Part shown: one piece after another, positions 25,431 to 38,686 of the stretch
Layout of the letters: every line of letters begins with the position of its first letter
Numbering within the stretch: the stretch's first letter is position 1
Assembly (NCBI RefSeq): GCF_963921235.1
Contig: NC_086124.1
Span: 1,488,001 to 1,552,000 of the forward strand
Direction: 5' to 3'
Length of the DNA stretch: 64,000 bases
Source of the DNA: Mobula hypostoma
Lineage: Eukaryota
Made by a program: the position numbers and the translations under genes
The notes under the pieces: model-generated
Told to the model about the DNA's origin: nothing
The model's input: the letters and a program-made list of their open reading frames with translations, nothing else
The model's database searches: none

Positions 25431-26489
25431 AGTTCAGACGTTCCTTACATGCCACCACGAGATTCTGTTCTGCACTGAAACATATGCCCCCACTTCATTG
25501 CCTGTTCTAATTGTTGCCCTTCCAGCTAGACAGAGTCTGCTGCACCACACTTCTATTCTTGTGCTTTCTGTCTGAGTTCTGTTGCAGTTAGACAACTGTG
25601 CACTTGCATGTTTGAGGTTTACTTCATGCAGGATGTGAGGAGGATGATATTTTCTCCCTGTTTATAGATTGCCATTTCGGCAGTTCTGAAATGTTTTGGA
25701 GGGCAGGTACTTTCACAGATTACAGCTGCTGTTGGGATCAACGTTGAATATAAAGACCAACCAGCATGGCACAGAACAGGTCTCCTTTTTTCAACCATTT
25801 TGAAGCCCCCATTCCATCACCCTCACTCTCTCCTCTTTCTCAGACCCCTCCCTCGATCCCATGGTCCTACCTCCTCTTCTATCAGATTCCATCATCTTCA
25901 ATCCTTTGCCTCTTTCATCAATCATTTCCCAGCTTTTGACTCTGTCCTCACACTACCCTCCTCCCCACCCCTTCAGATGGATCCACCGATTGCCCCTCCC
26001 CCCCCCAGTCTCGCTCCACGCCTTTCCCTCACGCGTTAATAGCTTCCATCTCCATTCCATCTTTCAGGCCCCAATGAAAAGTCTTGACCAAAGTAATGAC
26101 CCTCCACTCCTCTCTGCCGGTGCTGCCTGACCCATTGCGGTTCTCCGACGCTCTTTGTGTGCTGCCCAGGACAGGCAGGCTGTCGTGAGGGTCGACTCTT
26201 CAGGCTAGGATGTATCTGCTGGAATTCAGATGACTGGAACATCAGGTCCTGAGGAGGGATGGAATGAGGATGGTTCCTCATGAGACAGGCTATAGATTCT
26301 TATTCCTTAAAAATAAGACAGCAGCTGTTTAAAAACCACTTAAAACAGAGAGGAGGGAAAATGTTTTCTCTCAACATGCTGCAAACCTTCAAACTCTCTT
26401 CTGCAGAGGAGGCAGCGATGTTATTCAACCTTTCGCAATAAGCAACAATATTCTGTCAGCTTTCCTGATTACTCACAGTGGGTGCATAC

Positions 26490-27290
26490 GTAACCTCTTT
26501 CTCAATGTCAACAAGACAGGAGAGATGGTTATCGACTTCAGGAGAGCTCACATCACCGTGTAGCAGTGGAAACTGCCAGCAGTTTCAAACTCCTGGGAGT
26601 GCACGTCACACTCAACCTCTCACGGTGCCAAAACACATCCTACACAGTCAGGAAAGCTCACCAACACCTCTACTTTCTGAGGGGGTGAAGAGAGCTGGAT
26701 TCGGCACATCCACACTCACGTCATTCTACAGATGTGTGGTAGAGAGCATCCCTACAGGCTGCGTTGCTGCTTAGTACGGAAACTGCACTGGGGCGGCTAG
26801 GAAGGCCCTACAATGGGAGGTCACAACTGCCCAACGCATCACTGGCACCAGTCTCCCAACATCAAGGGCATATACACAGAAAGGTGCCGGAAAAGGGTCA
26901 GTAACATCGTAAGGATCCCACCCCACCCCTTGCTCCCGGACTGTTTGTCCCACTCCCATCAGGGAAGAGGCTCCGTAGCATCCACACCAGGACCACCGAA
27001 CACAAAGGCAGTTGTATCCCCAATCAGCGAGGCAGATCAACGTCTCCACCCACTAACTCCACCACTACTTTATTATTTCCTGTCAGTCACTTTATGCGTA
27101 GCCTTGAGTCAGTTTACAGACATACAATCAATCTATGAATATAAAGTCTTTATATTTATTGTTTTTTATTGTTATTTTGTTCTTTATCTAATTGTGGTTT
27201 TGTCTGTACTTGCATCACATCTGGAGAAACAATTATTTCATTCTCCTTTGCACTTCTGTACAGAAAATGACATGAAATAATCGGGAATCT
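26490..27290 (+). mobile_element. Rex1/Babar 3' fragment
   Basis: LTSFYRCVVESI.TGC; Rex-type 3' UTR. Confidence 0.75.
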
Positions 27291-27704
27291 AAGGTCACCC
27301 AGATCCCCCTGTGACTCGGTGCTCGTCAATCTTTCACTGTTCAGACAGTTAGTTTCTTCAGGACTCTTCCCCCCCACCCCCACCCCACCCCAAAACGGGA
27401 AGATTCAGAAATACCCTTTCAGAACTTCATCTTATTTCTTCATCTCCATGTTCGGCTTCACCTTGTTGTGTTTTCTTCACCATGGTGCCTTCCTGTCCCT
27501 CTATGTGCTGCCAAACCACACCTCTCATTAGCCACTAAACCTGAGCTGCTTTAATTTAAAAAATTGTAAAGAGCCAACTTCCCACATCAAACTCTCTTTG
27601 GAGGAAGAATCACCCCCTGCACCATCAGCTTTCAGTTCACATAGTCATGTAGACTGAAAGGTACTCACTCTAATGGGCTGAGCAGCAAAAGACAGAATTT
27701 ATTA

Positions 27705-28462
27705 CACTGGGCAATGCATTTTTTCAAAAGTTACACTTCTGATTTTTTTGTTTATGATGGACTGCTTGAAACTGAACACAAATATAATTCAGACCACTTG
27801 TATCATTAGGAACTTGGAGAATATAACGTGTTCAGTTGCATAACAGTGCTGATGCTTTGCAATAGTTCAACTAAACTAAAAACATTTTGCTGATGATTTT
27901 CATTTGTACTCAGTGTCTGAGGCTTCTTGCTTAAGTGTCCAACAATAATCAGCCAGCATTGATGGATTCCAGTTGCCCTGATACCGTTTCTCCATGACCG
28001 CAATGTCCTGGTGAAACCTTTCACCATGCTCATCACTGAGAACACCAAGATTTGCAGGGAAGAACTCTAAATGGGAGTGCAGAAAATGAATCTTTAGTGA
28101 CATGTTGCACTTCATGCTTTTGTATGCTTGAAGCATGTTGTCAACCAGCTGTACGTAGTTTGGGGCTCTGTAGTTGGCAAGAAAATTTTCAACAACGTCC
28201 TTGAATACCGTCCATTTGAATGCGGTCCCACCAGAAGTTCTTTGAATTTGCCTGTCACTGATGACCTGTTTGATTTGCAGACCAACTAAAGTGTCTTCCT
28301 TAATCATGGCATCAGTTATTCTGACTTGAATTATCAATTGAAATAACAAATATAGGTGATTTTAAAAAATGTTGTGTGATAGGGAAATTTCATGGTGATT
28401 TTCATGATCAGCAGCCCACAATCTATAAGGTATTCAGGAAGAAAAATCTTTGTTGTCCAGTG
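27705..28462 (-). mobile_element. Chapaev3 (CMC) DNA transposon, internally deleted
   Basis: Transposase motif CNMSLKIHFLHSHL...SDEHGERFHQDI..MEKRYQG..MLADYCW; termini CACTGG...CCAGTG; TTA TSD at 27702-27704 and 28463-28465. Confidence 0.85.
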
Positions 28463-29794
28463 TTATTGGTATATTATTGTCACATTTACCGAGCATGGTG
28501 AAAAGTATTTCTTACGAAAAATAGAAGAAAGATAAGCTGTATTTGTTACATGAACATTGAAACATCAAAACATACAGTGAAATGTGCTGATGACCAACAA
28601 CATCTGAGGATGTGCTGAGGGCAGTCTGCAAGTGTCACCACGCTTCCGGCCCCAACATTGCATGCTTTTAACTTATGAACTCTAACTCTTACGTCATTGG
28701 AATGTGGGAGGAAACTGGAGCACGGGAAGAACGTGCCAACTCTTCACGGACAGTGGCAGGAATGGGACTCCAATCGCTGTCACCGTATCACGTTACACGA
28801 GCCACTATGCTACCGTGTCACCCTTCCTGCATTCCATCCAGGCAGATTCTTCCACCGGAAAGTACATTGAGGTAGGAAGAAGGAAAACGGAAGAAGAACA
28901 GAGTGTTACAGTTACAGAGAAAGTGCAGTGCAGGTCCAAAATGGCATCAGATATTCTTAGCTAATATGACAGGAAGTACCGAGCATTCTGAAGAATAAGA
29001 TCTTACCCTTAGAACGTTCAGATATGGTCCAAGTGCAGAGAGAAAGAGAGGGAGACTGAAGCAGGCCAACATTTCACCCACTTTGATGAGAACAGTTGTA
29101 GAAAGGAAAAGAGAAACAATAAACACTAGGCCAACAGGGCTGTCAACTAAAACTCTCAGACTGAAAGTTAAACACCAACACTGTGGCTGGAAACTAAGTA
29201 CTAGATGAATATTGCTGCTTTCCAGTGTCAGTCGAAAAGGCCATCTTCATTCCCGGACAAGGACGAAAGTGTGCAGGGAGTGTAAATGTTTCGGTGCTTT
29301 TGGTCAAGTGTCGACAAGACTAGAAGAGAGCTAAATACCACCACAACGGAACAGTAATCATCTGGAACGTGCATAGTCACGAGTGCAATTGCCAAACCTG
29401 TTCTGCAGCCCATTTGCGTGGGCGCGTAGACCCCCACAGCTGAGCCCGTGGTTGTGGCACTTTCCAAAAGTATGCAAAGACTTTCTGCTTGTTTAACTCC
29501 GTGCTCATTTTTAAATGATTATTGCAACACCACTAATATAAACAATATTGCTGGAAATACTCACATTATTTTACTCATTGTTTGAGATGTGAACAAGGCC
29601 AATGTTTATCGCACAGCTATTGCTGCCCTTGACAATATGCTAGTGTGTTGTTCCCCTGCTCTCACGGAGCAGTTGGGTTGGGGTTCCAGAAATTAAGCCC
29701 AGTGGGGATGGAAGAATGGGATTTATTTCCAGGTCCCGGCGGCATGTGACTGGGAGTGGGGGTGGTGGGTTTCTCAGCACTCACGGTCTTTCAA

Positions 29795-30370
29795 GGGTAA
29801 GCAATTTCAAGTTCCTGGGTGTCAGCATCTCTGAAGATTTAGCCTGGGTCCAATATGTCAATCCAGTTTCAAGAAGGCACAACAGCAGCTATATTTCATT
29901 AGGAGTTTGAAGAGATTTTGTATGTCACCAAAGACTCTAGCAAATTTCTACAGATGTACCGTGGAAGGCTTTCTAACTGGTTCCATCACTGTCTTGTATG
30001 GAGGTTCCAATGGACAGGATTGCAGGAGGCTGCAGAGGGTCGTAAACCCATCACAGGCACTAGTCTCCCCACCATCTTCAAAAGGTCATGTATCAAGAAG
30101 GTGGCATCCATCACTGAGGACCCTAACCATCCAGGGCATGCCCCCTTGTCATTACCACTGTCAGGAATGAGGTACAGGAGCCTGAGGGCACACACTAGGA
30201 ACAGCTTCTTCCCCACTGCCATCAGAGTTCTGAACAGTCCGTGAACACACGAACACAACTTCACTGTTCTGTTTTGTGATTTTTTTTTTGTTTATATATT
30301 GCACCGTACTGCTGCCACAAAACAACAAATACTGGATGCCGGTGATAATAAACCTGATTCCAATTCCGAT
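29795..30370 (+). mobile_element. Rex1/Babar 3' fragment
   Basis: SPKTLANFYRCTVE; HPGHA..SLPLSG.RYRSL. Confidence 0.8.
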
Positions 30371-30589
30371 TTTTGATGTGTAGGGTTCATAGTCAGGAAG
30401 AGAATTTACTTCTGCTGATCGTGAGTGCCTAAGGACATGGAGAGACAGATCCAGACTTCAAGTTTCGGGGATATGACCTTTCATCATCACTGGATCAAAA
30501 CCAAAATACTGTACCTGGAACCCTGGCCAACGCACACAACATGGTGGAGAAGCTCAGAGGGTCTGGCAGCTGAACTGAGCAGGTCAGGT

Positions 30590-31265
30590 GGAAAGGGCGA
30601 ACAATTTCAATTTCCCGGGTGTCAATGTCTCTGAGGATCTATCCTGGACCCGACAGCTCGATGCAGCTACAAAGAAGGCACGACAGCAGCTAGATTTCAT
30701 CAGGAGCTTGAGGAGATTTGGTTTGTCACCAAGGACACTTGCAAGTTTCCACTGATGTACTGTGGAGAGCATTCTAACTGGCTGCATCACCGTCTGGTAC
30801 GGGGGCAGGGTTGCTACTGCACAGGATCGAAATAAGCTGCAGAGAGTTGTAAACTCAGTCAGCACCATCATTGGCACCAGCCTCCATAGTATCCAGGACA
30901 TCTTCAAGGAGCGATGCCTCAAAAAGACAGTGTCCATCATTAAGGACCCCCATCACCCAGGTCATGCTATGTTCTCACTGTTACCATCAGGGAGGAGGTA
31001 CAGAAGCCTGTAGACACACACTTAGCGATTCAGGAACAGCTTCTTCCCCTCTGCCATCCGATTTCTGAATGGACATTGAACCCATGAACACTACCTCACT
31101 ATATTTTTATTTGTATTTTTGCACTATCTATTTAATTTAACTATTTAATTATACCAACTGCAATTCACATTTCCCTTTTTTATTATGTATTGCATTGTAC
31201 TGCTGCCATGAAGACAACAAATTTCATGACATATTCCGGTAATATTAAACCTGATTCTGATTCTG
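30590..31265 (+). mobile_element. Rex1/Babar 3' fragment
   Basis: ESILTGCITVWYGG...HPGHAMFSLLPSGRRYRSL. Confidence 0.85.
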
Positions 31266-31680
31266 ATCTATGGGGGGTGGGGGGAATAAACAGATGACGC
31301 TTAGAAAAATAGAGGGCTATGCGGTAGGGAAACTCTAGGCAGTCTCTAGAGTAGGTTACATGGTCAGCACAACATTGTGGGCCGAAGGGCCTGTAATGTG
31401 CTGTAGATTTCTATGTTTCTATGTCTCGGGCAGAGCCCCTTCATCAGGTCATCAGAAGGGTCTCCATTTGAAACATCGACTGTCTACTCATTTCCGTAGA
31501 TGCCTCCTGATCTGCTGAGTTCCTCCGGCGTGTTGCTCTGGATATCAAGCATCTGCAGAATCTTTTGTAAAAAAAATCTCTGAAAGGTTTAACATGAAAT
31601 GCCTTGATTTAGTATTCTTTCATTGCGCAGTCAGCATTCTGCCTTGAGCAGTGGTCAGTGCCCAGGTAAGGATTCTCCCT

Positions 31681-32427
31681 GAAAATTCTGAAAGCTACTG
31701 AAAAATGTGCTGAAGTCCTGAAAGCTAAAGTCACTGAAAGCAAGCATGCAAGTACAGCAGGCAGTGAAGAAAGCTAATGGCATGCTGGCCTTCATAACAA
31801 GGGGAATTGAGTATAAGAGCAAAGAGGTCCTTCTGCAGCTGTACAGGGCCCTGGTGAGACCACACCTGGAGTACTGTGTGCAGTTTTGGTCTCCAAATTT
31901 GAGGAAGGACATTCTTGCTATTGAGGGAGTGAGGCGTAGGTTCACGAGGTTAATTCCCAGGATGGCGGGACTGTCATATGTCGAAAGATTGGGGTGACTG
32001 AGCTTGTATACACTGGAATTTAGAAGGCTGAGAGGGGATCTGATTGAAACATATAAGATTATTAAGAGATTGGGCACGCTGGAGGCAGGAAGCATGTTCC
32101 CGCTGATGGGTGAGTCCAGAACCAGAGGCCACAGTTTAAGAATAAGGGGTAGGCCATTTAGAACGGAGTTGAGGAAAAACTTTTTCACCCAGAGAGTGGT
32201 GGATATATGGAATGCTCTGCCCCAGAAGGCAGTGGAGGCCAAGTCTTTGGATGCTTTCAAGAAAGAGATGGATAGAGCTCTTAAAGATAGCGGAATCAAA
32301 GGTTATGGGGATAAGGCAGGAACTGGATACTGATTGTGGATGATCAGCCATGATCACAGTGAATGGTGGTGCTGGCTCGAAGGGCCGAATGGCCTACTCC
32401 TGCACCTACTGTCTATTGTCTATTGTC
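31681..32427 (+). mobile_element. Young CR1 3' insertion flanked by a 39-bp direct repeat
   Basis: Nearly intact KKANGMLAFI...RPHLEYCVQFWSP; (TATTGTC)n tail; flanks 31642-31680 and 32428-32466. Confidence 0.9.
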
Positions 32428-32959
32428 CCTTGAGCAGTTGTCAGTGCCCAGGTAAGGATTCTCCCTTGAGCACCCCCACCCCCATACCAGACAGTGACGC
32501 AGCCAGTTAGAATTCTCTCTACGTTACATCTGCAGAAATTCCATTGCAGGTAGAACTCCAATGTGCTGGCAGTTAATATCCATCTGCGGTTTTGGATATT
32601 TACTGTCTATAATCATGTAGCTGTGATCTGCAGGCTCTTGTATTGACTGTGGGTTGGGTAACTCTTCCAATCAGCACAGACAATCGAATGTTTTCCACAC
32701 AAGTTAGACAGTGAATATTTCATTTGCTACAAGTTCTGATCTTCTACTCTGATTAGCTGCTGTCTCCTTTCTTTTATTCAGTATTGTGAAGATTAATACA
32801 CTCACTGTCTTCCTTCGGGGTGATATAGTCTCGATGGTTTTAAAAGAAAAAACAGTAACAATCAGATTTTCCGTATGATCTCCATATTTCTTTCCGATAT
32901 GAAGGCAGCTGCTTATCCCATCATTTCTGGGACAACGTTAGAAGCTAGTTATGATTAGA

Positions 32960-33525
32960 GATTCAGCACAGTAACAGGTCTTTTTGATCCAACAAGCCTA
33001 TGTCACCAGTTACATCCAAATCCCCCATTTAACTCTAGTCTAATCACAGGACAATTTACAATGACCAATTAACTTACCAACCAGTTTGACTGTGGAACAT
33101 GGGAGCAAACCAGAGCACCTGGAGGAAACCTACGCAGTCATGGGAGGGGGAGGTGGCGACGGACAAACTCGTTGCAGAGAGCAGCGGGAATTGAACTCAC
33201 TGGTGACACCTCACTTGGAGGATTGTGAGCAGATCTGGGCCCCTTATCTATGTTCGCAGGAGGTACGTGAAAGTGATTCCGCGAATGAAAGGCTTATCAA
33301 TGTGAAGCGTTTCATGACGCTGGGCCATCTGCGACCTGCCGCTGCCTGTAAGGAGTTTGTACGTTCTCCCTGTGACCGCGTGGGTTTCCTCCGGGTGCTC
33401 CGGTTTCCTCCCACAGTCCAAAGACTGACTGGTTAGTAGGTTAATTGGTCATTGGAAATTGTCCCGTGATTAGTCTAGGGTTGTATCGCGGGATTACTGA
33501 AGGGCCTATTTCACACTATAAATAA
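32960..33525. mobile_element. Two V-SINE fragments (minus, then plus)
   Basis: V-domain motifs in both orientations. Confidence 0.65.
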
Positions 33526-33534
33526 ATGAGACCA

Positions 33535-33998
33535 GAAGACCATAAGATATAGGAGCAGAAGTAGGCCATGCAGCCCATCGAGTCTGCTCCGCCATTCAAT
33601 CATGGGCTGATCCAATTCTTCCAGTCTTCCAGTCATCCCCACTCCCCTGCTTTCACCCCATACCCTTTGATGCCCTGGCTAATCAAGAACCTATCTATCT
33701 CTGCCTTAAATACACCCAATGACTTGGCCTCCACAGCTGCTCGTGGCAACAAATTCCACAGATTTACCACCCTCTTACTGAGGTAATTTCTCCGCATCTC
33801 AGTTCTAAAAGGACGTCCTTCAATCCTGAAGTCATGCCCTCTTGTCCTAGAACCCCCTACCATGGGAAATAACTTTGTCTGTTCAGGCCTTTTAACATTC
33901 AGAATGTTTCTATGAGATCCCTCCTCATTCTCCTGAACTCCAGGGAATACAGCCCAAGAGCTGTCAGACGTTCCTCATACAGTAACCCCTTCATTCCT
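33535..33998 (-). mobile_element. CR1 LINE 3' fragment
   Basis: SRTRGHDFRIEGRPFRTEMRRN...VVNLWNLLP. Confidence 0.85.
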
Positions 33999-34039
33999 AA
34001 ACATAAATAGGATTCATTATAATAAATAAATAAATAAGC

Positions 34040-34470
34040 CTCAGAGAGCTGTAAACTCAATCTGCTCCATCAGGGGCACCAGCCTCCATAGTATCCAGGA
34101 CATCTTCAAGGAGCGATGCCTCAAAAAGGCGACATCCATCATTAAGGATTCCCATCACCCACGACATGCCTTGTTCTCATTGTTACCATCAGGGAGGAGG
34201 TACAGGAGCCTGAAGGCACACACTCAACAATTCAGGAACAGCTTCTTCACTCTGCCATCCGATTTCTAAATGGACATTGAACCCATGAACACTACCTCAC
34301 TGCTTTTTTAGTTTTTACACTATTTATTTAATTTAACTATTATATATGTATATTGACTGTAAATTACTGTTTTCTCTATTATTATGTGTTGCAGAGCATT
34401 CTTGCTGCAAAGGCAGCAAATTTCATGATTTATGCCAGTGATATTAAACCTGATTCTGATTTTGGTTCTG
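34040..34470 (+). mobile_element. Rex1/Babar 3' fragment
   Basis: Homologous to 30860-31265. Confidence 0.8.
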
Positions 34471-36065
34471 AAATAAACTCACTTTTAAGGATTTGCTGAC
34501 AGATCCAGAGCAGGAGAAATTAACACGTATATGCCGCGGAGATGTTTCTTAAGCCAGGACTAGTGACTTGGGAAGGTAGATTTGTGATTTATATGATACA
34601 CTTGATCTTACTGTGTGGTGCAGCAAAGAGTCCAACCAGTCAACTGGGAACTTTAGCCCACAAAAGACAGCGCCTGATGCAAAGAGACAAGAGCTGAAAT
34701 GAGATCAGATGCAGAGGAGACCACAGCCCAGCGGAAATAAGGCAGGACAATGCCTTTTCAGCTGAGGTTTCTATTTCGTTCCATTGTTCTGCACTGCCTT
34801 TAAAGAAGTCAGCTTAACAGGGGAGCCACTAAATTTTAGCCAGAGATCTAATGATTTTCTAAGGAGATATGATCTAAAATTTTCCACACAAGGTATGACA
34901 GTGCCTTTCCTTGAATGGTCTCATTCAGTGCATTCTTATCTGTTTCCCTGATTAGACGTTGCCTCTTGCTTTGCCTTGCTCTTCTGCAAGTTAATACATG
35001 TCTTTAACATTGAACAGTGAACACTGCTTCTTACTGGGGGAAATCATCTTTAACTAAGTTTGATTAGAGTCAAAAGGACATTCAGCTCATTGCGTTTGTG
35101 TTACTCTTTGAAATCGCCCTTAAATTTGACTCTCTCTCTCTCATTCTATCATCTCAAGTTCACGTTCAAGTTTATTGTCACCTGACTGTACATATATATA
35201 CAACAGATGAAACAATAAATGTATTTCATGAAAAAGCAAAGGTTAAAAACGTTAGGGAAGGATTTTGCACCTGGAAGAGCATTTTGGAAAAATATTCGTG
35301 ATTTCATTAAGAGGGATCTACAGTGGGTGTCAAAATTGGCCATCACATCACCAGCATTAGCCCACCCATATTCAAGGACAGATACGTTATCTTCCAAATA
35401 TTTTCCTTCCAAGCATACACCAATGACCTGACCTAAATCTACATTTCACAGCTCAGTTCAACTTGCTCTGCAGAATACTCTCCCATCGCCACTCTCCTCC
35501 TATTGATAATCACTTTAATTCTGCGTTTTCTGGCCATCTGTCCCTGGGAACGATTTTGGCTCATTTACTAAAGCCTCTTACCACTTTCAGCATCTTTTAT
35601 TAAATTTCTTGTGAATTTTTCTACCTTGAGGAGAATGACTTCAGTTTTCCGAGGGCGTCCACATCACTGATATCTCATGGCTTCGCTGTCATTCTGTGAA
35701 ATCTCGTTTCTTGTGTTGCGATTGCATTTCAAAGCTTTGATTGCAAGAAGACTCAAACGATTGTCAAAAGTAGAACTGAGAATCTATTATTGACACAGCC
35801 AAGGACTCTACCACAGAGTCTGGGTGATCTGGCGGGTGGGCAGCTGAAGGAAGATGGTAATGATGCTCGCGAGAATGCACATTCCAGACAATTGGGATTT
35901 CTGTGCAATTGTATTTAACACTCTTCCTTTCATTTCAGTGTTGTCAAGTCTTGATTGAAACATAGTGATGACAACCCTCCCTGCTACCTAGTCCATGTCT
36001 GGGAAAGAAGATTATTGATTTAGACAGAGGCTGTTAACAGAGTGACATTAATTTAGTAATCTGAC

Positions 36066-36160
36066 ACCTGATGAAGGATCTCGGCCCGAAATGTCAACTG
36101 TTAACTCTTTTCTATAGGTGCTGCCTGACCTGCTGAGTTCCTCTAGCATTTTGTGTGTGC
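36066..36160 (+). mobile_element. Penelope-derived short repeat with a hammerhead core
   Basis: CTGATGA aggatctcggccc GAAA tgtc. Confidence 0.7.
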
Positions 36161-36301
36161 TAGTTAGTACCAGGGTAGTGCTTTCGAGCCACAGTGACAG
36201 TGTTAGTTTTTAGTTTGAGAGTTCTAGTTAGCAGCCCTGGTGGCATAACATTTATTAAGTTCCTTTGTTCTGTACAGGTCTTATTAAAACTCAGTGAACT
36301 G

Positions 36302-37049
36302 TCAGCACGTAAAGCAGCTTTAACACAAGGACGGTATAGGTGGCGCCACAACAAGGTTCTGCTCTCCCTTGTTGACCCACTGAAGCAGACGAGGTGTAAA
36401 AAGCGACCCGCTGACAGAGGCACAGCAGGGCAGTCATTTTCATGAAGGAGAGGGCCAAGCCAGTCACATCAAAGAGGCCTAAATCCAATCTGCTGAAAAC
36501 TGCCAAATCATGGGAGGTGAGGGTCGATGTGGGGGGAAGCTACTGCTCCCGGAAGTGGTGCAAACCGCACTTCAACCAGACATCGTACTGTGGTCCAGCA
36601 AAGACAAGGAAATCATCCTGGTGGAGCTCACAGTACAGTGGGAGGAAGGACGTGAGGAGGCTCACAAGAGGGCGACCCTGCAATACCAGTCCTTAGTCCA
36701 GGAGTGCAGGGTCAAAGGGTGGCAGACGTGGCTATTCCCCGTGGAGATCAACTGTAGAGGGATCCTGGCAGGATCAGCATGAAGTTTGCTGTCTGTGCTG
36801 GGCTTTGATGTTAAGAGCAAGATCCAAGCAGCTCGCGGGATGGGGGAGGAAGCAGAAAGAGGCTCTCGCTGGACATGGAGCAGGCAAAAGGCGTTGAGCT
36901 GGGAGTCAGGAGCAGATGGATAGTGACTTGGCCACCACTGCTGACCCACCAGCTGGAGAGTGTAGTGGTTAGGGATTGAAATACTCTGTGAAGGGTGGGC
37001 ACATCATCAGGTAACTGAAGGGAACACCCCAGTGAATGAAGCAAGCAAA
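36302..37049 (+). mobile_element. Hero-clade (restriction-like endonuclease) non-LTR retrotransposon, 5'-truncated
   Basis: ALTQGRYRWRHNKVL; PDIVLWS...ILVELTVQWEE PD-(D/E)xK-type nuclease; perfect TSD taaaactcagtgaactg at 36285-36301 and 37050-37066. Confidence 0.85.
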
Positions 37050-37399
37050 TAAAACTCAGTGAACTGCTCATTCATTTTTCTCTCTCCCGGCTGGGAGGTT
37101 AATTGGGCAGTGTGGGGTCCTTGGTCAGGAGGCTTGTTAACATGCTGTAACTCTTAAAAAAAAAGACTAAAGATATAAACTTCCCTTACATCAACAAAGA
37201 CTGATTTGGATATGAAAGGCTGATTCACAAAGATTTCGTTCCAAGTAGGAAATGAATTTGATTACAAATGACAAAGGTTAGAAGGCCCACCCTCCCAGAT
37301 CCCTTTCATTCTGAAACATTAAATCCCATTTTTCCATTAAACAAAATCGGGATAATTATACAACAGCAAAAAATGTCAAAGCTCTTCCAAAATGTAGGA

Positions 37400-38050
37400 A
37401 GCCTTTGGAGCTTTATTCCCTGGAGCGTAGGAGAATGAGAGGTGATCTCATATTCCAGGAACATCACTGAAGATGCGTCCAGAAGCACCAGTTAGATGTA
37501 TGTACACAACAGACAGAAGTTCATACAATCGTGGCTGAGGTGGCTGGTCATTGACTTTTCCCCGTTGCTGAGGAGTCCAAGACCAGAGGGCACAAGATAC
37601 AAGGTAAGAAGAGAGAGATTTAAAGATTACCTGAGAGGTAACTTCTTACTCAGAGAAGAATGAGGACCCAGAATGAGCTGCCAGAAGAAGTGACTGAGGT
37701 GGGTATGAGGGTGGTGAATCTGTGGAATTTGTTGCCACAGGCAGCTGAGGAGGCCGAATCATTGGGTGTATTTAAGGCAGAGGTTGATAGATTCTTGATT
37801 GGTCAGGGCATGAAGGGATACAGGGAGAAGGCAGGAGATTGGGGCTGAGGGGAAAATTGGATCAGCCATAATGAAATGGTGGAGCAGATTCGATAGGCCA
37901 GATGGTGTAATTCTGCTCCTATATCCTATGGTTTTATGGTCTTATGGAGAGTTATGGATTGAGTGCAGGCACCAGAGACTACCAAGGAGGATGCTGTGTT
38001 CAGTATGGAACAGCTGGGCTGAATGGCTTGTTTCTGTGCTGTATCACCCC
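37400..38050 (+). mobile_element. CR1 3' fragments (nested)
   Basis: RVVNLWNLLPQAA..AESLGVFKAEVDRFL. Confidence 0.75.
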
Positions 38051-38686
38051 ATGACTCGACGACACTGGGGTGATTCAAGTGAAACCATAATTACTGATCT
38101 GTCCTTTCCCCGGGTCAATATGCAGATCAGGAGAGCCGTGGATTGGTGACTAGAGACAGAGGGTAATGTTGGGACTGCACCTGTGACCGGTGAGCAATGG
38201 TGACCCATGACAAGTGGTGTTGGACTCTGACTGTCGGTTACCTGGTCAACGGTGAAGACATGAATGCATAAGGTCTGACTTGCAAGTTCACGGATGACCT
38301 TCTGTTAACAGTGAGGGAGGGTGGCCTGACAATGCAGGTGGTCCAGTGAAGGGAACAATAGCAGATGGAATTTAGGGGTTGATAGGGAGAATAAATCAGC
38401 CATGATGGAATGGTGGAGAAGACTCGATGGGCCAAATGGTCTAATTCTGCTCCTATTTGTTACGGCGTCATGGTCAATGAAATGCTCACAGGGCTCGATC
38501 ACATAATGGCCAAAGGAACCAAGAGAATTGAAGGGCTGTCTTCTCAGGCCTGAAATCACTTTCATTTTAATATTATTTGTTATCTACATTCTGTCCACTT
38601 ACTTTCAGTTTGTGAGGTTGGTGTCCGGTGATGAGGCTGTCACTGGAGTCCACAGTTTCCATGATGGGATGATGGATCCTGTGCCC

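Noticed and set aside
29228-29413. MGCRTG... as a possible LCK N-terminus
   Set aside because: Only MGC matches; the second Cys, the acidic stretch and the CxxC motif of LCK are missing
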